From an uncultured Candidatus Saccharibacteria bacterium (lineage in GTDB: Bacteria; Patescibacteriota; Minisyncoccia; Phycocordibacterales; Zambryskibacteraceae), in assembly GCA_964349945.1 (NCBI GenBank), contig CAYGIH010000002.1, forward strand, positions 46,937 through 110,936: a DNA stretch of 64,000 bases, in the 5' to 3' direction. Position 1 is the first letter of the stretch; each line of letters opens with the position of its first letter. The notes under the pieces are model-generated. The model saw nothing but the letters and a program-made list of their open reading frames with translations. It did no database searches and was not told the DNA's origin. The translations under genes and the position numbers were made by a program. Below are positions 17,204 through 26,205 of the stretch, one piece after another.

Positions 17204-19582
17204 TTATTGCATTGCTCCCCAACTATCTCCGGCGACTGCTTCAGCTAAGATGGGCACACCGAGAGTTTTGTCTTTAGGGATAACTTCAGCCATAATTTTT
17301 TTAAACTCTTTCATAGCTTCTTCTACTAATTCCATCTTTATCTCATAAACAATTTCGTCGTGCACGTTGAGTACTGCGAAAACTTTTTCTTCCCAACCTC
17401 GCTTTTTTATATATTCATCTATTCGAAGCATAGATATCTTCACTATATCTGCCTCTGTGCCTTGGATGGGTGCATTGATAGCCATCCTTTCTGCAGCGGC
17501 TTTTATAAAAGGTAGCGGAGATTTTAGACCGGCGAAATATCTTCTACGCCCAAACATTGTTTCTGTATAACCCATCCGTTCTGCTTCTGATTTTGTTTTA
17601 TCTAAATATGATGCTAACCCAGAAAAAGTTGAAAAATAATTATTATAAAATTCCTGTGCTTCAGCTCTATCTGTTTTTAAATTTGTTCGAAGAGCACTCA
17701 CGCCCATACCAAATAACACTCCGAAATTAATAGTCTTAGCCTTGGCCCTCATGCTTTTGTCTACTTCCTCTGCTTTCACTTTAAAAACTTTCATAGCCAC
17801 ACCAGTATGAACATCAATACCTTTCTTGAAAATCTCTATAAGCTTCTCATCCTTGGACAAAATGGCGGCTATACGAAGCTCTATTTGGGAATAATCCAAA
17901 GAAAGGAGTTTGTATCCCTTGTCTACGATGAATGCGTGTCTAATAGCCTGACCAAGTGGAGAACGAATAGGAATGTTTTGAAGATTTGGTTCTTCTGAAG
18001 CCATCCTTCCTGTAGTTGTTCCTGCCTGAATAAAGTTTGAATGCAAACGGTTTTCCTTATCCAATAATTTAGGAATGGTATCTATATAAGTAGAGAGTAA
18101 TTTCTGTAATTCTCTATAATCCAAAATTTTGTTGATGATTGGATGTTTGTCTACAAGTTTTTGAAGCTCTGATTCCTTAGTCGAGAATCCGCCTGTGGCA
18201 GTCTTTTTTTGTCTCTTCTCAGCCAAGCCCATCTTGGTGAATAAAATTTCACCAAGCTGTTTTGGAGAATTCACGTTGAATTCTTCTCCTGCAGCTGACC
18301 AAATTTCTTTTTCTAACCTGTCTAATTCTTTATGATAAGTAGTTGAAAGGTTTTCTAAATTCTTTCTATCTATTTTAACCCCATGAGCATTCATCCTTTC
18401 AACCACAGGTATGAGTGGGAGTTCAATCTCTTCGAAGACTTTCTTTAAGTTTCTTTTATCTAATTCTATCTGTAAAACTTTCCAAGCCACATCTTGGTTG
18501 TTTGTTTTAGTAAATGTATAAACATCTTCAAGAGTTGGGTTAGTAAAGTTTGAATCTATAACCCAAAGAGCTAAGCAAAGTTTTTTATCTTCTTTTGTCT
18601 CTAGCTTGGTTTCTTTTTTTGTTTCTTTAATTATCTTTTCTTTTATTTCTGGTTTTTTCCCATCATTTGCAACCAATTGTTTGATTCTCTCCCCAAGAGT
18701 TCTAAATTCAAGTTGCTTAAACAATTCTAATAAATTTTCTATTACCAAACTTTCTTTCCACTCTTTTGGAAGTTTAAAATCTATTGGTGCGTCTCGTCGA
18801 ATGGTGGCTAGGGTTTTAGAGAAGAGGGCTTCTTCTTCGTTCTCAATTAGAAGTTCTCCAATTCTTTCAGTAATACCTGCCTCTTTCCATTCATCTTTGC
18901 CTTTCTTCAAAGCCTTATAAATTTTCTCTATTGTGCCGTATTTAACTATAAGCTGTGTGGCTGTTTTCTCTCCAATACCCTTCACCCCAATGATGTTGTC
19001 TGAAGGATCTCCACGAAGACCTTTGTAGTCTGGGAGTAAAAGTGGTTTAAACCCAAACCTCTCTTCTACCGCCTTCTCATCATAAAGAATGGTGTCTTTT
19101 ATACCTTTCTTTAGAGTATAAACCCGCACCTCTTTACCTCGTACAAGTTGGAGAGTGTCCATATCTCCAGAAGCGATGATAATTTCCAAATCTTTATTTT
19201 TCTTTTCTAGTTCTACTATCGTGCCTAAAATATCATCGGCTTCAAAGCCGGGCATAGAAAATATAGGGATACCCCACGCAGTGAAAATATCTTTGGCTCT
19301 ATTGAGTTGGAGGATTAAATTATCATCAATTTTTTTTCTCGTACCTTTGTACTCTTCATAAGCTTCATGTCTATGGGTTTTGTCTGGGAGATCAAAACAG
19401 GCCACAATAAACTGTGGTTTTAATTCTTCTATTATCTTTATGAGCATAGTCACCACACCAAAGAGCGCTCCTGTTGGTTCTCCGGTCGACGTCTGAAAGT
19501 CAGGTAGAGCATGATAAGCACGATGAATAATCGCATGAGCATCTAGGAGAACGAGTTTCTTTTTATCAGTTTTCACTTTCAT
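17204..19582 (-). CDS. polA: DNA polymerase I (5'-3' exonuclease + polymerase domains)
   Basis: N-terminal FEN-like LLDAHAIIHRAYHA, C-terminal polymerase motifs (INFGVLFGMG, HDEIV) and 792 aa. Confidence 0.9.
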   Translation of the reverse strand: MKVKTDKKKLVLLDAHAIIHRAYHALPDFQTSTGEPTGALFGVVTMLIKIIEELKPQFIVACFDLPDKTHRHEAYEEYKGTRKKIDDNLILQLNRAKDIFTAWGIPIFSMPGFEADDILGTIVELEKKNKDLEIIIASGDMDTLQLVRGKEVRVYTLKKGIKDTILYDEKAVEERFGFKPLLLPDYKGLRGDPSDNIIGVKGIGEKTATQLIVKYGTIEKIYKALKKGKDEWKEAGITERIGELLIENEEEALFSKTLATIRRDAPIDFKLPKEWKESLVIENLLELFKQLEFRTLGERIKQLVANDGKKPEIKEKIIKETKKETKLETKEDKKLCLALWVIDSNFTNPTLEDVYTFTKTNNQDVAWKVLQIELDKRNLKKVFEEIELPLIPVVERMNAHGVKIDRKNLENLSTTYHKELDRLEKEIWSAAGEEFNVNSPKQLGEILFTKMGLAEKRQKKTATGGFSTKESELQKLVDKHPIINKILDYRELQKLLSTYIDTIPKLLDKENRLHSNFIQAGTTTGRMASEEPNLQNIPIRSPLGQAIRHAFIVDKGYKLLSLDYSQIELRIAAILSKDEKLIEIFKKGIDVHTGVAMKVFKVKAEEVDKSMRAKAKTINFGVLFGMGVSALRTNLKTDRAEAQEFYNNYFSTFSGLASYLDKTKSEAERMGYTETMFGRRRYFAGLKSPLPFIKAAAERMAINAPIQGTEADIVKISMLRIDEYIKKRGWEEKVFAVLNVHDEIVYEIKMELVEEAMKEFKKIMAEVIPKDKTLGVPILAEAVAGDSWGAMQ

Positions 19583-20009
19583 AAATATCTATTTCTCTGG
19601 TTGTCTCATCTACAAATTTAAAGAAAATATTTTGAACTCCTTCAGGAATAATATCCACTACCCTCTCTGGCCATTCAATCAATATTAAATTCTCCCTCTC
19701 ACTAATTATTTTTTGCCACCCTAAATGAAGGAGTTCCTTAAAGTGATCTAGTCTATACGCATCAATATGAATGAGGTGTTTAAAACCATGATAGTCAATC
19801 GGGTAAATTTTCTCTATTACAAATGTTGGACTATGCATATTCTCTATCACCCCAAGCGTTGAGCCAACAGCTTGAGAGAAAGCGGTTTTACCTGAACCAA
19901 GATTCCCAGCCAGAGCTATAACACGAGCCTTTTCTCCTATTTCTAAAGTCTTCACAAACTGCTCTGCCACTTCTCGTGTTTCTTCTAAACTCTTAGAAAT
20001 ATACTTCAT
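19566..20009 (-). CDS. tsaE: tRNA threonylcarbamoyladenosine biosynthesis protein TsaE
   Basis: P-loop ALAGNLGSGKTAF and typical TsaE size. Confidence 0.8.
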   Translation of the reverse strand: MKYISKSLEETREVAEQFVKTLEIGEKARVIALAGNLGSGKTAFSQAVGSTLGVIENMHSPTFVIEKIYPIDYHGFKHLIHIDAYRLDHFKELLHLGWQKIISERENLILIEWPERVVDIIPEGVQNIFFKFVDETTREIDIYESEN

Positions 20010-20046
20010 TTGGGCATTATAACATTTCTCAAAAACAAATATTTAT

Positions 20047-20078
20047 ATGAAAAAAGGCGAAGGATTCTCCTCCGCCTT
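20047..20078 (-). terminator. Intrinsic terminator after the GC-rich lipoprotein gene
   Basis: Stem AAGGCGAAGGA/TCCTCCGCCTT with one mismatch, then a U-run on the minus strand. Confidence 0.55.
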
Positions 20079-20104
20079 AGCCCCATGAAAGGCTCGAGCT
20101 TCCA

Positions 20105-20518
20105 CTACTTGATGCACCCTCCTCGGCCGTTCGGGAGGTTCAGATAATTCACCTCCCACACCTCGTTCTTCTCCCCTTCGTACGAAGAGATCGAGTAGCG
20201 ACGGGTGTCGGTGCCGAGAAATTCTTTCTTCTCGTTGTAACCTCTGACAACGAGAGTGAATTCGCCATTTGTGAAAGGTTGGCGAACCAGTGGTGCAACA
20301 ACGTGATCTGCATATGGCAAGCCAACGCTGTAAACGACTGTGCCCGTAAAAACATCAATATACGGCACACAATTGTTTTGCACGGTCACCAGCACTCGCT
20401 GTTGAAGCGAGACCGTACCAAACCTTGGCCCGTGTGGCTGTTGGATGATGACCGGAGCACATGCGCTCTGGCTCATCACGACACCCACAACGATGAGGGT
20501 TGAAAGGAACTTGCGCAT
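20105..20518 (-). CDS. GC-rich lipoprotein, function unknown
   Basis: The N-terminus MRKFLSTLIVVGVVMSQSAC has a signal peptide and lipobox-like Cys. The CDS is strongly GC-rich and preceded by a GGAGG RBS. Confidence 0.5.
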   Translation of the reverse strand: MRKFLSTLIVVGVVMSQSACAPVIIQQPHGPRFGTVSLQQRVLVTVQNNCVPYIDVFTGTVVYSVGLPYADHVVAPLVRQPFTNGEFTLVVRGYNEKKEFLGTDTRRYSISSYEGEKNEVWEVNYLNLPNGRGGCIK

Positions 20519-20556
20519 GGTGACCTCCGTGTCCGAATTGGTTTGCCAGCGTTTGT

Positions 20557-20585
20557 ATACCTATATTATATACCCAAAGTCACTT
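20557..20585 (-). promoter_or_regulatory. Consensus sigma70 promoter (TTGACA-17-TATAAT) for the GC-rich lipoprotein gene
   Basis: The reverse complement reads TTGACA aaaagtgactttgggta TATAAT. Confidence 0.55.
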
Positions 20586-20659
20586 TTTGTCAAGAGTAAT
20601 TTAGCCTAGGATTATAGGCTTATTCTGGTATTTGGTCTTATATAAGATACAATAGAGTC

Positions 20660-22342
20660 ATGATTAAATTCGATGAAGATGATGAGAAAGCGAAAACCGC
20701 CCTCCTCAAAAGACAAGAAGAAGAGGTGCTCGCTTCTATGCTTTCGAAGAAATACGGTGTTCCCTATCTCGATCTTTCTGCTCATCCAATAAACATAGAT
20801 GCTCTAAGAATAATAAAGGAAGGAGACGCACGAGCAGCGGAGATTGCGGTTTTTAATCTCACCGATAAAAAGATTGATGTCGGAGTTTTATCTCCTGAAA
20901 GCGATAAGGCAAAAGTCGCCATCGCTGAACTTGAAGGTCGTGGCTACATCCCCACTATTTATATGGTCTCTCATGCATCACTCAATAAAGTTTGGGACAG
21001 ATACAAAGACATGTCTTATTCTTTTGAAACCACTTCCGGAGCTTTGGATATTTCAAGTACAGAAATTATAGAAATTGTGGGTAAGGTTCATGTTGTCGGT
21101 GATGTGAAAGCCCTTATAGAAGAAGTCCTATCAGCAAAAAAATCATATCGTATTTCAAAAATCCTTGAAATAATTTTAGCTTCAGCTATCGCTCTAAAGG
21201 TTTCAGATATTCACATAGAACCAGAAGAAGATTCAGTCCGTTTGCGCTACAGACTCGATGGAGTGCTCATGGATATTCTCCACTTAGACACAGATACATT
21301 CAACCTATTGCTCTCTCGTATAAAACTTGTTTCCACTCTTAAACTAAACTTAAACAATCAGGCCCAGGACGGGAGGTTTTCTATCCGCCTTGGTGATGAG
21401 GAAGTAGAAGTGCGTACTTCTCTTCTCCCTGGTCCGTACAATGAATCCGTGGTGCTTCGTATCCTTACCCCAGATTCTATTTCTGTCCCCTTAGAGCAAC
21501 TTGGTATTCATCCTAGACTCTTGAAAATTTTAGAAAAAGAAATCGCCAAACCAAACGGTATGATTCTCACCACAGGTCCAACTGGTTCAGGAAAAACCAC
21601 CACTCTCTATGCATTTTTAAAAAAGATTTATAATCCTGAAATTAAAGTTATAACTATAGAAAACCCAGTTGAATACCACCTCACTGGTATTGTTCAAACC
21701 CAAACTGACCCAGATGGAGAATATACCTTCGCAGAAGGTCTGCGTAGTGCTTTACGTCAGGATCCGGATGTCATCATGGTTGGAGAAATCAGAGACCCAG
21801 AAACAGCCAAAACTGCAGTCAACGCCGCCCTCACTGGCCACCTTGTGCTCTCCACACTTCATACCAACAATGCTGCAGGTTCTATTCCCCGTCTTCTTGA
21901 CCTAGATATAAATCCAAAAGTGGTTTCTTCGGCTCTTAATATTTCTATTGCCCAAAGATTGGTTAGAAAGCTTTGTAAGGAGTGTAAAAAAGAAGTTACC
22001 CCTGATGGTCGTTCTAAAAAAATTGTTGAACAAACTATTTCTGGAATAACAGACAAAACTTATATAGAAGATCTTCAGACTGAACATATATGGGAAGCAG
22101 TTGGGTGTGAGAAATGCCACAACACTGGTTATAAGGGTCGCGAAGGTATCTATGAAGCGATACTTATGGATGAAAATATAGAAAAAGCGATCCTTACAAA
22201 CCCCGGCGAAAGAGATATTGTGACTGCAGCCAAGAGTCAAAACCTCCTCTCCCTAACAGAAGATGGAATAATCAAGGTTCTAAAAGGTGAAACGGATATC
22301 AAAGAACTCGAACGAGTTATCGACCTTTCGAGTTTTGAATAA
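20660..22342 (+). CDS. pilB: Type IV pilus assembly ATPase PilB (GspE family)
   Basis: Walker A GPTGSGKTTT, Asp/His boxes and a C-terminal tetracysteine motif. Confidence 0.85.
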   Translation: MIKFDEDDEKAKTALLKRQEEEVLASMLSKKYGVPYLDLSAHPINIDALRIIKEGDARAAEIAVFNLTDKKIDVGVLSPESDKAKVAIAELEGRGYIPTIYMVSHASLNKVWDRYKDMSYSFETTSGALDISSTEIIEIVGKVHVVGDVKALIEEVLSAKKSYRISKILEIILASAIALKVSDIHIEPEEDSVRLRYRLDGVLMDILHLDTDTFNLLLSRIKLVSTLKLNLNNQAQDGRFSIRLGDEEVEVRTSLLPGPYNESVVLRILTPDSISVPLEQLGIHPRLLKILEKEIAKPNGMILTTGPTGSGKTTTLYAFLKKIYNPEIKVITIENPVEYHLTGIVQTQTDPDGEYTFAEGLRSALRQDPDVIMVGEIRDPETAKTAVNAALTGHLVLSTLHTNNAAGSIPRLLDLDINPKVVSSALNISIAQRLVRKLCKECKKEVTPDGRSKKIVEQTISGITDKTYIEDLQTEHIWEAVGCEKCHNTGYKGREGIYEAILMDENIEKAILTNPGERDIVTAAKSQNLLSLTEDGIIKVLKGETDIKELERVIDLSSFE

Positions 22343-22402
22343 GACACAATTTTATTAAAAAGCGAGGTTGAACTGGGGGTAGATTTGTGAATAATTAGGG
22401 AT

Positions 22403-22575
22403 AGAGATTTGGCTCAAAAGCATAAATCTCCAAACAACACTTTTAACGGGTAGCTAAAAGTTAGACAAGACTTTCTAGGATAGTTTCAGCTGGTACAAGA
22501 CCAACCAAAACGTCCTCAAAGAGAAGTCCGAAGTGCCTTGCGGCAGTTGTTGTTTAGAGATTTATGATTTGGAGA
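22403..22575. repeat. Structured repeat element upstream of ruvB: an 11-mer TTTGGAGATTT/AAATCTCCAAA occurs in four copies, and a 16-bp long-range inverted repeat encloses ~110 nt
   Basis: Positions 22424-22439 (AAATCTCCAAACAACA) pair with 22548-22563 (TGTTGTTTAGAGATTT) at 15 of 16 bp. Further copies lie at 22404-22411 and 22566-22573. Confidence 0.45.
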
Positions 22576-22606
22576 ACTACAAGAAGTCTAGCACATAATA
22601 CATTTT

Positions 22607-23638
22607 ATGTCAAGTAAGAAAGTTAAAAACAAACCAGATGTCAATTTAGCTGAAGAGGTGGCTTTTGTTGGTGAAGAGCTTCGACCAACTCATTGGGAGG
22701 ACTATATTGGTCAAGAAATTATCAAGGAAAACCTTCGTATTTTACTAAAAGCAGCTTCTGAGCGTGGGGTTCCTCCTGAACACATTCTTTTCTATGGACC
22801 CCCAGGATTGGGTAAGACCACTCTCGCCCACCTCATATCCAAGGAGACCCGCCGAGCGATGAAAATCACTTCTGGTCCAGCCATAGAGAAGGTTGGAGAC
22901 CTCGCATCTATCCTCACAAATCTCTCTGCTGGCGATATTCTTTTTATAGATGAGATTCATCGTTTAAATAAATCAATTGAAGAAGTCTTATATCCAGCCA
23001 TGGAGTCCGGAGTTTTAGACATCATTATAGGTAAAGGTCCTTCAGCTCGTACTATCCAGCTTGAGCTTCCTCCGTTTACCCTCATCGCCGCCACCACTCG
23101 TGTAGCTAGTGTTTCCTCCCCCCTTCGTTCCAGATTCTCTGGTGGAGTATTCCGACTAGAATTTTATTCAGCTCCCGAAATAGAAAAAATAGTAAAAAGG
23201 TCTGCAAAGATTTTAGGGGTAAAGACAGACGGCTCTGCAGAGAAAGAAATTTCTATGCGCTCTCGCTTTACTCCCCGTACTGCAAATTATTTCCTCAAAC
23301 GTGCTCGTGATTTTGCCCAAGTACATAAAAAGAATCTAGATAGTGATGTGGTTGAGGAAGCTCTTAAACTTTTGGGTATAGATGAAGCAGGTCTTTCTCC
23401 ATCGGATAGAAAACTAATGCAAACAATAGCAACCAAGTTTAATGGTGGGCCAGTTGGTCTAGGCACTCTCGCTGCAGCACTATCTGAGGAAGAAGCCACT
23501 ATTGAGGAATTCAATGAACCATATTTAATCCAGCTCGGATTCCTAGAGAGAACTTCTCGCGGACGAACTCTCACCCCTCTCGGCTACAAACACTTGAACC
23601 TCGCGGTTCCTAAAAACTTACAAGCTAAACTTTTATAA
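22607..23638 (+). CDS. ruvB: Holliday junction branch-migration helicase RuvB
   Basis: Walker A GPPGLGKTTLA, Walker B DEIHRL and a C-terminal winged helix. Confidence 0.9.
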   Translation: MSSKKVKNKPDVNLAEEVAFVGEELRPTHWEDYIGQEIIKENLRILLKAASERGVPPEHILFYGPPGLGKTTLAHLISKETRRAMKITSGPAIEKVGDLASILTNLSAGDILFIDEIHRLNKSIEEVLYPAMESGVLDIIIGKGPSARTIQLELPPFTLIAATTRVASVSSPLRSRFSGGVFRLEFYSAPEIEKIVKRSAKILGVKTDGSAEKEISMRSRFTPRTANYFLKRARDFAQVHKKNLDSDVVEEALKLLGIDEAGLSPSDRKLMQTIATKFNGGPVGLGTLAAALSEEEATIEEFNEPYLIQLGFLERTSRGRTLTPLGYKHLNLAVPKNLQAKLL

Positions 23639-23639
23639 C

Positions 23640-24173
23640 ATGTCAGGACACAATAAATGGTCAAAAATTAAAAGGCAGAAGGGCGCCACAGACGCGGCTA
23701 AATCAAAAATATTTGGCAAGATGGCCAAACTCATTGCCACTGCCTCTCGTGAACATAAAGGCGATATTTCTTCACCAGCTCTGCGAGCGGTCATAGAAAA
23801 AGCTCGTGAGTATAATATGCCCTCAGACAACATCGATAGGGCGGTCAAAAAAGGATTGGGTGGTGAAGGAGAAGTGCTTGAATCAATCACATATGAAGCA
23901 TATGGTCCGGGTGGTTCTGCACTTATAATCGAAACCCTAACCTCAAACCGAAATAAAGCTGCCCAAGAAATAAAACACATCCTTTCAAGCCACGGGTTTG
24001 AGCTGGCTCACCCAGGATCTGCCACCTGGGCCTTCACCAAGGGCCACGGCAACGATTGGACACCAAATGCGACAATTCCATTATCTCCTGAAGACGAGGT
24101 CGTCCTAGAGGCTCTCATAAACGAATTAGAAGAAAATGAAGAAATCCAAGAAGTTTATACTAATGCGGAGTAA
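23640..24173 (+). CDS. YebC/PmpR-family transcriptional regulator (compact, 177 aa)
   Basis: N-terminus MSGHNKWSKIKRQKG is characteristic of YebC. The protein is shorter than the usual ~240 aa. Confidence 0.7.
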   Translation: MSGHNKWSKIKRQKGATDAAKSKIFGKMAKLIATASREHKGDISSPALRAVIEKAREYNMPSDNIDRAVKKGLGGEGEVLESITYEAYGPGGSALIIETLTSNRNKAAQEIKHILSSHGFELAHPGSATWAFTKGHGNDWTPNATIPLSPEDEVVLEALINELEENEEIQEVYTNAE

Positions 24174-24666
24174 TTGCGTGGTGGCCATAGACCCTGGATT
24201 TGACCGTGTTGGGGTGGCAGTTTTAGTCAAAGAAAATTCTAAAGAAAAACTTTTGTATTCGACTTGTATCGTCACAAATAGAAAAGAAACTCGTGCAGAG
24301 AGATTAGGAATGATTGGAAAAGAAATAAAAAAAATTTTAAAGAAGTGGGGGCCAGAATATTTGGCCATAGAAAAACTTTTCTTTAATCAGAACACCACGA
24401 GCGTCATCGGTGTGGCTGAAGCTCGGGGGGTTATTCTTTATGAGGCATCCCTCGCTAACTTAGAAATATTTGAATATGGTCCACAAGAAATAAAAATTGC
24501 GACAACTGGTTTTGGGCAAGCCACCAAGAAACAAGTGGAAGACATGGTGGGGAGAATTTTAAATTTAAAGCAATTACCAGAGCTCGATGATGAGATAGAC
24601 GCTATTGCAGTTGGTATTACTCACCTCGCTTCAGTCAAGCACAAAAGAAGGTTATCCACATTTTAA
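24163..24666 (+). CDS. ruvC: Crossover junction endodeoxyribonuclease RuvC
   Basis: VVAIDPGFDRVGVAVL N-terminus with RNase H fold. The start was moved to MRSNC inside the 24136 ORF. Confidence 0.85.
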   Translation: MRSNCVVAIDPGFDRVGVAVLVKENSKEKLLYSTCIVTNRKETRAERLGMIGKEIKKILKKWGPEYLAIEKLFFNQNTTSVIGVAEARGVILYEASLANLEIFEYGPQEIKIATTGFGQATKKQVEDMVGRILNLKQLPELDDEIDAIAVGITHLASVKHKRRLSTF

Positions 24667-24768
24667 CTGTTTTGTATTTGCAAAAGAAAATCGTATTTGC
24701 TACAAATATGAAATCGAAAAATGTCAGCCTTTATTAAAAGCATTTTTTGACCTTAAACATATATAACA

Positions 24769-24963
24769 ATGGACGACGTCACAATAAAAGATGATGAGCT
24801 TGATCTAGATGATATAGATCCAGCCAAGGCTACCATCCCCTTAATAGATGATGAGCTAGAAGACGCTGAGGTTGTTGGGGATCCAGACATAGTATCCATA
24901 GATGACTTAGCTGACGCAGAAGAGGAAGAAGAGGAAGAAATGTTTGACGAAGAAGACTTATAA
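24769..24963 (+). CDS. Small highly acidic protein
   Basis: 64 aa, D/E-rich, followed by a strong terminator. Confidence 0.3.
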   Translation: MDDVTIKDDELDLDDIDPAKATIPLIDDELEDAEVVGDPDIVSIDDLADAEEEEEEEMFDEEDL

Positions 24964-24964
24964 C

Positions 24965-24992
24965 AAAAAAACCGCCCGCGGGCGGTTTTTTT
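24965..24992. terminator. Bidirectional intrinsic terminator
   Basis: AAAAAAACCGCCCGCGGGCGGTTTTTTT lies between convergent genes. Confidence 0.65.
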
Positions 24993-26175
24993 ATAGCACT
25001 TCTATCTTTATAAACCTTCGCTTACCTACCTTTAGGGTTATCCCGTCCTTGAGAGCTTCATCTGCCTTTTCTATCTTTTCTCCAGACTCGGCGTTTGTGA
25101 TGGCCCCATCTTCTACAAGCCTTCTCCACTCTGTTTTAGACTCTACTATTTTATTTGAAAGTAAAATATCTACTAACAATGAGCCTTGGCTCGCTTCTGT
25201 TGTTGGTAAATCTATGGGCACACCCTTTTCTGAAAATGTTTTTATGAAATTTTCTTCTGCTTTCTCCGAAGCTTCATCTCCGTGGTAGAACCTTACAATT
25301 TCTCTGGCTAGTTTCATTTTAGCTTCCTTTGGATGGAGTTCCCCTGACTCAAGCTTGCCTCTTATTTCTTCTACTTCTTCCATTGGTATCCTAGTACAAA
25401 GTGTAAAATATGTGAGGATTTGGGCATCTACCATACTCATCACCTTGCCATACATATCACTCGGTTCAGCACTGACGCTGATTGTATTCCCCCAACTTGA
25501 GCTCATCTTTCTACCATCAAGCCCGTCTATAAGAGGTCCAAGGATGATGCTCTGTGGTTCCTGCCCATATTTTTGCTGGAGTGTTCTACCAGAAAGAATG
25601 TTAAATTTTTGATCCATCCCTCCGAGTTCTACATCTGCCCTTACCATCACACTGTCGTATCCCTGCATTAATGGATATAAAATTTCTCTTAGAGAAACTC
25701 TCTTCCCCGCTTCTAACCTTCTGGCAATATTATCTCGAGCAATAAAATCAGAAACAGAGAAACAGTCCGCTTGTTCCCCTATTTCTCTGTATGTGAGTTT
25801 CTCTAACCACTCACTGTTGTGATATAACTCTGCTTTGGATAAATCGATTATTTTACCGACCTGTTCGAAATACGATTTTTTATTCTCATCTATTGTTTCC
25901 TTTGAAAGCATTGGTCTTTCAGCATCTTTGTCTGATGTGTCGCCGATAATACCGGTAAAATCTCCAACGATAAAAACGATCGTGTGTCCGAGTTTTTGAA
26001 AATCTCGAAGTTTGAGTAGCGGAATAGATCGACCCAAGTGTAGGTTCGGGCTCGTTGGATCTATCCCGAGTTTTATTCGCATTGGTTTACCAGAGCGAAG
26101 CCTTTCTTCTAGTTCTTTTTGACCAATTATTTCTGAGACCCCCCTGGTGAGAAGCTCTTTTATATCTCTTTCCAT
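24991..26175 (-). CDS. tyrS: Tyrosine--tRNA ligase
   Basis: HIGH-like HLGR motif, KMSSS motif and a C-terminal S4 domain. Confidence 0.9.
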   Translation of the reverse strand: MERDIKELLTRGVSEIIGQKELEERLRSGKPMRIKLGIDPTSPNLHLGRSIPLLKLRDFQKLGHTIVFIVGDFTGIIGDTSDKDAERPMLSKETIDENKKSYFEQVGKIIDLSKAELYHNSEWLEKLTYREIGEQADCFSVSDFIARDNIARRLEAGKRVSLREILYPLMQGYDSVMVRADVELGGMDQKFNILSGRTLQQKYGQEPQSIILGPLIDGLDGRKMSSSWGNTISVSAEPSDMYGKVMSMVDAQILTYFTLCTRIPMEEVEEIRGKLESGELHPKEAKMKLAREIVRFYHGDEASEKAEENFIKTFSEKGVPIDLPTTEASQGSLLVDILLSNKIVESKTEWRRLVEDGAITNAESGEKIEKADEALKDGITLKVGKRRFIKIEVL

Positions 26176-26205
26176 GTCTTTAATCTAACATGGTAGAATG
26201 CTTTT

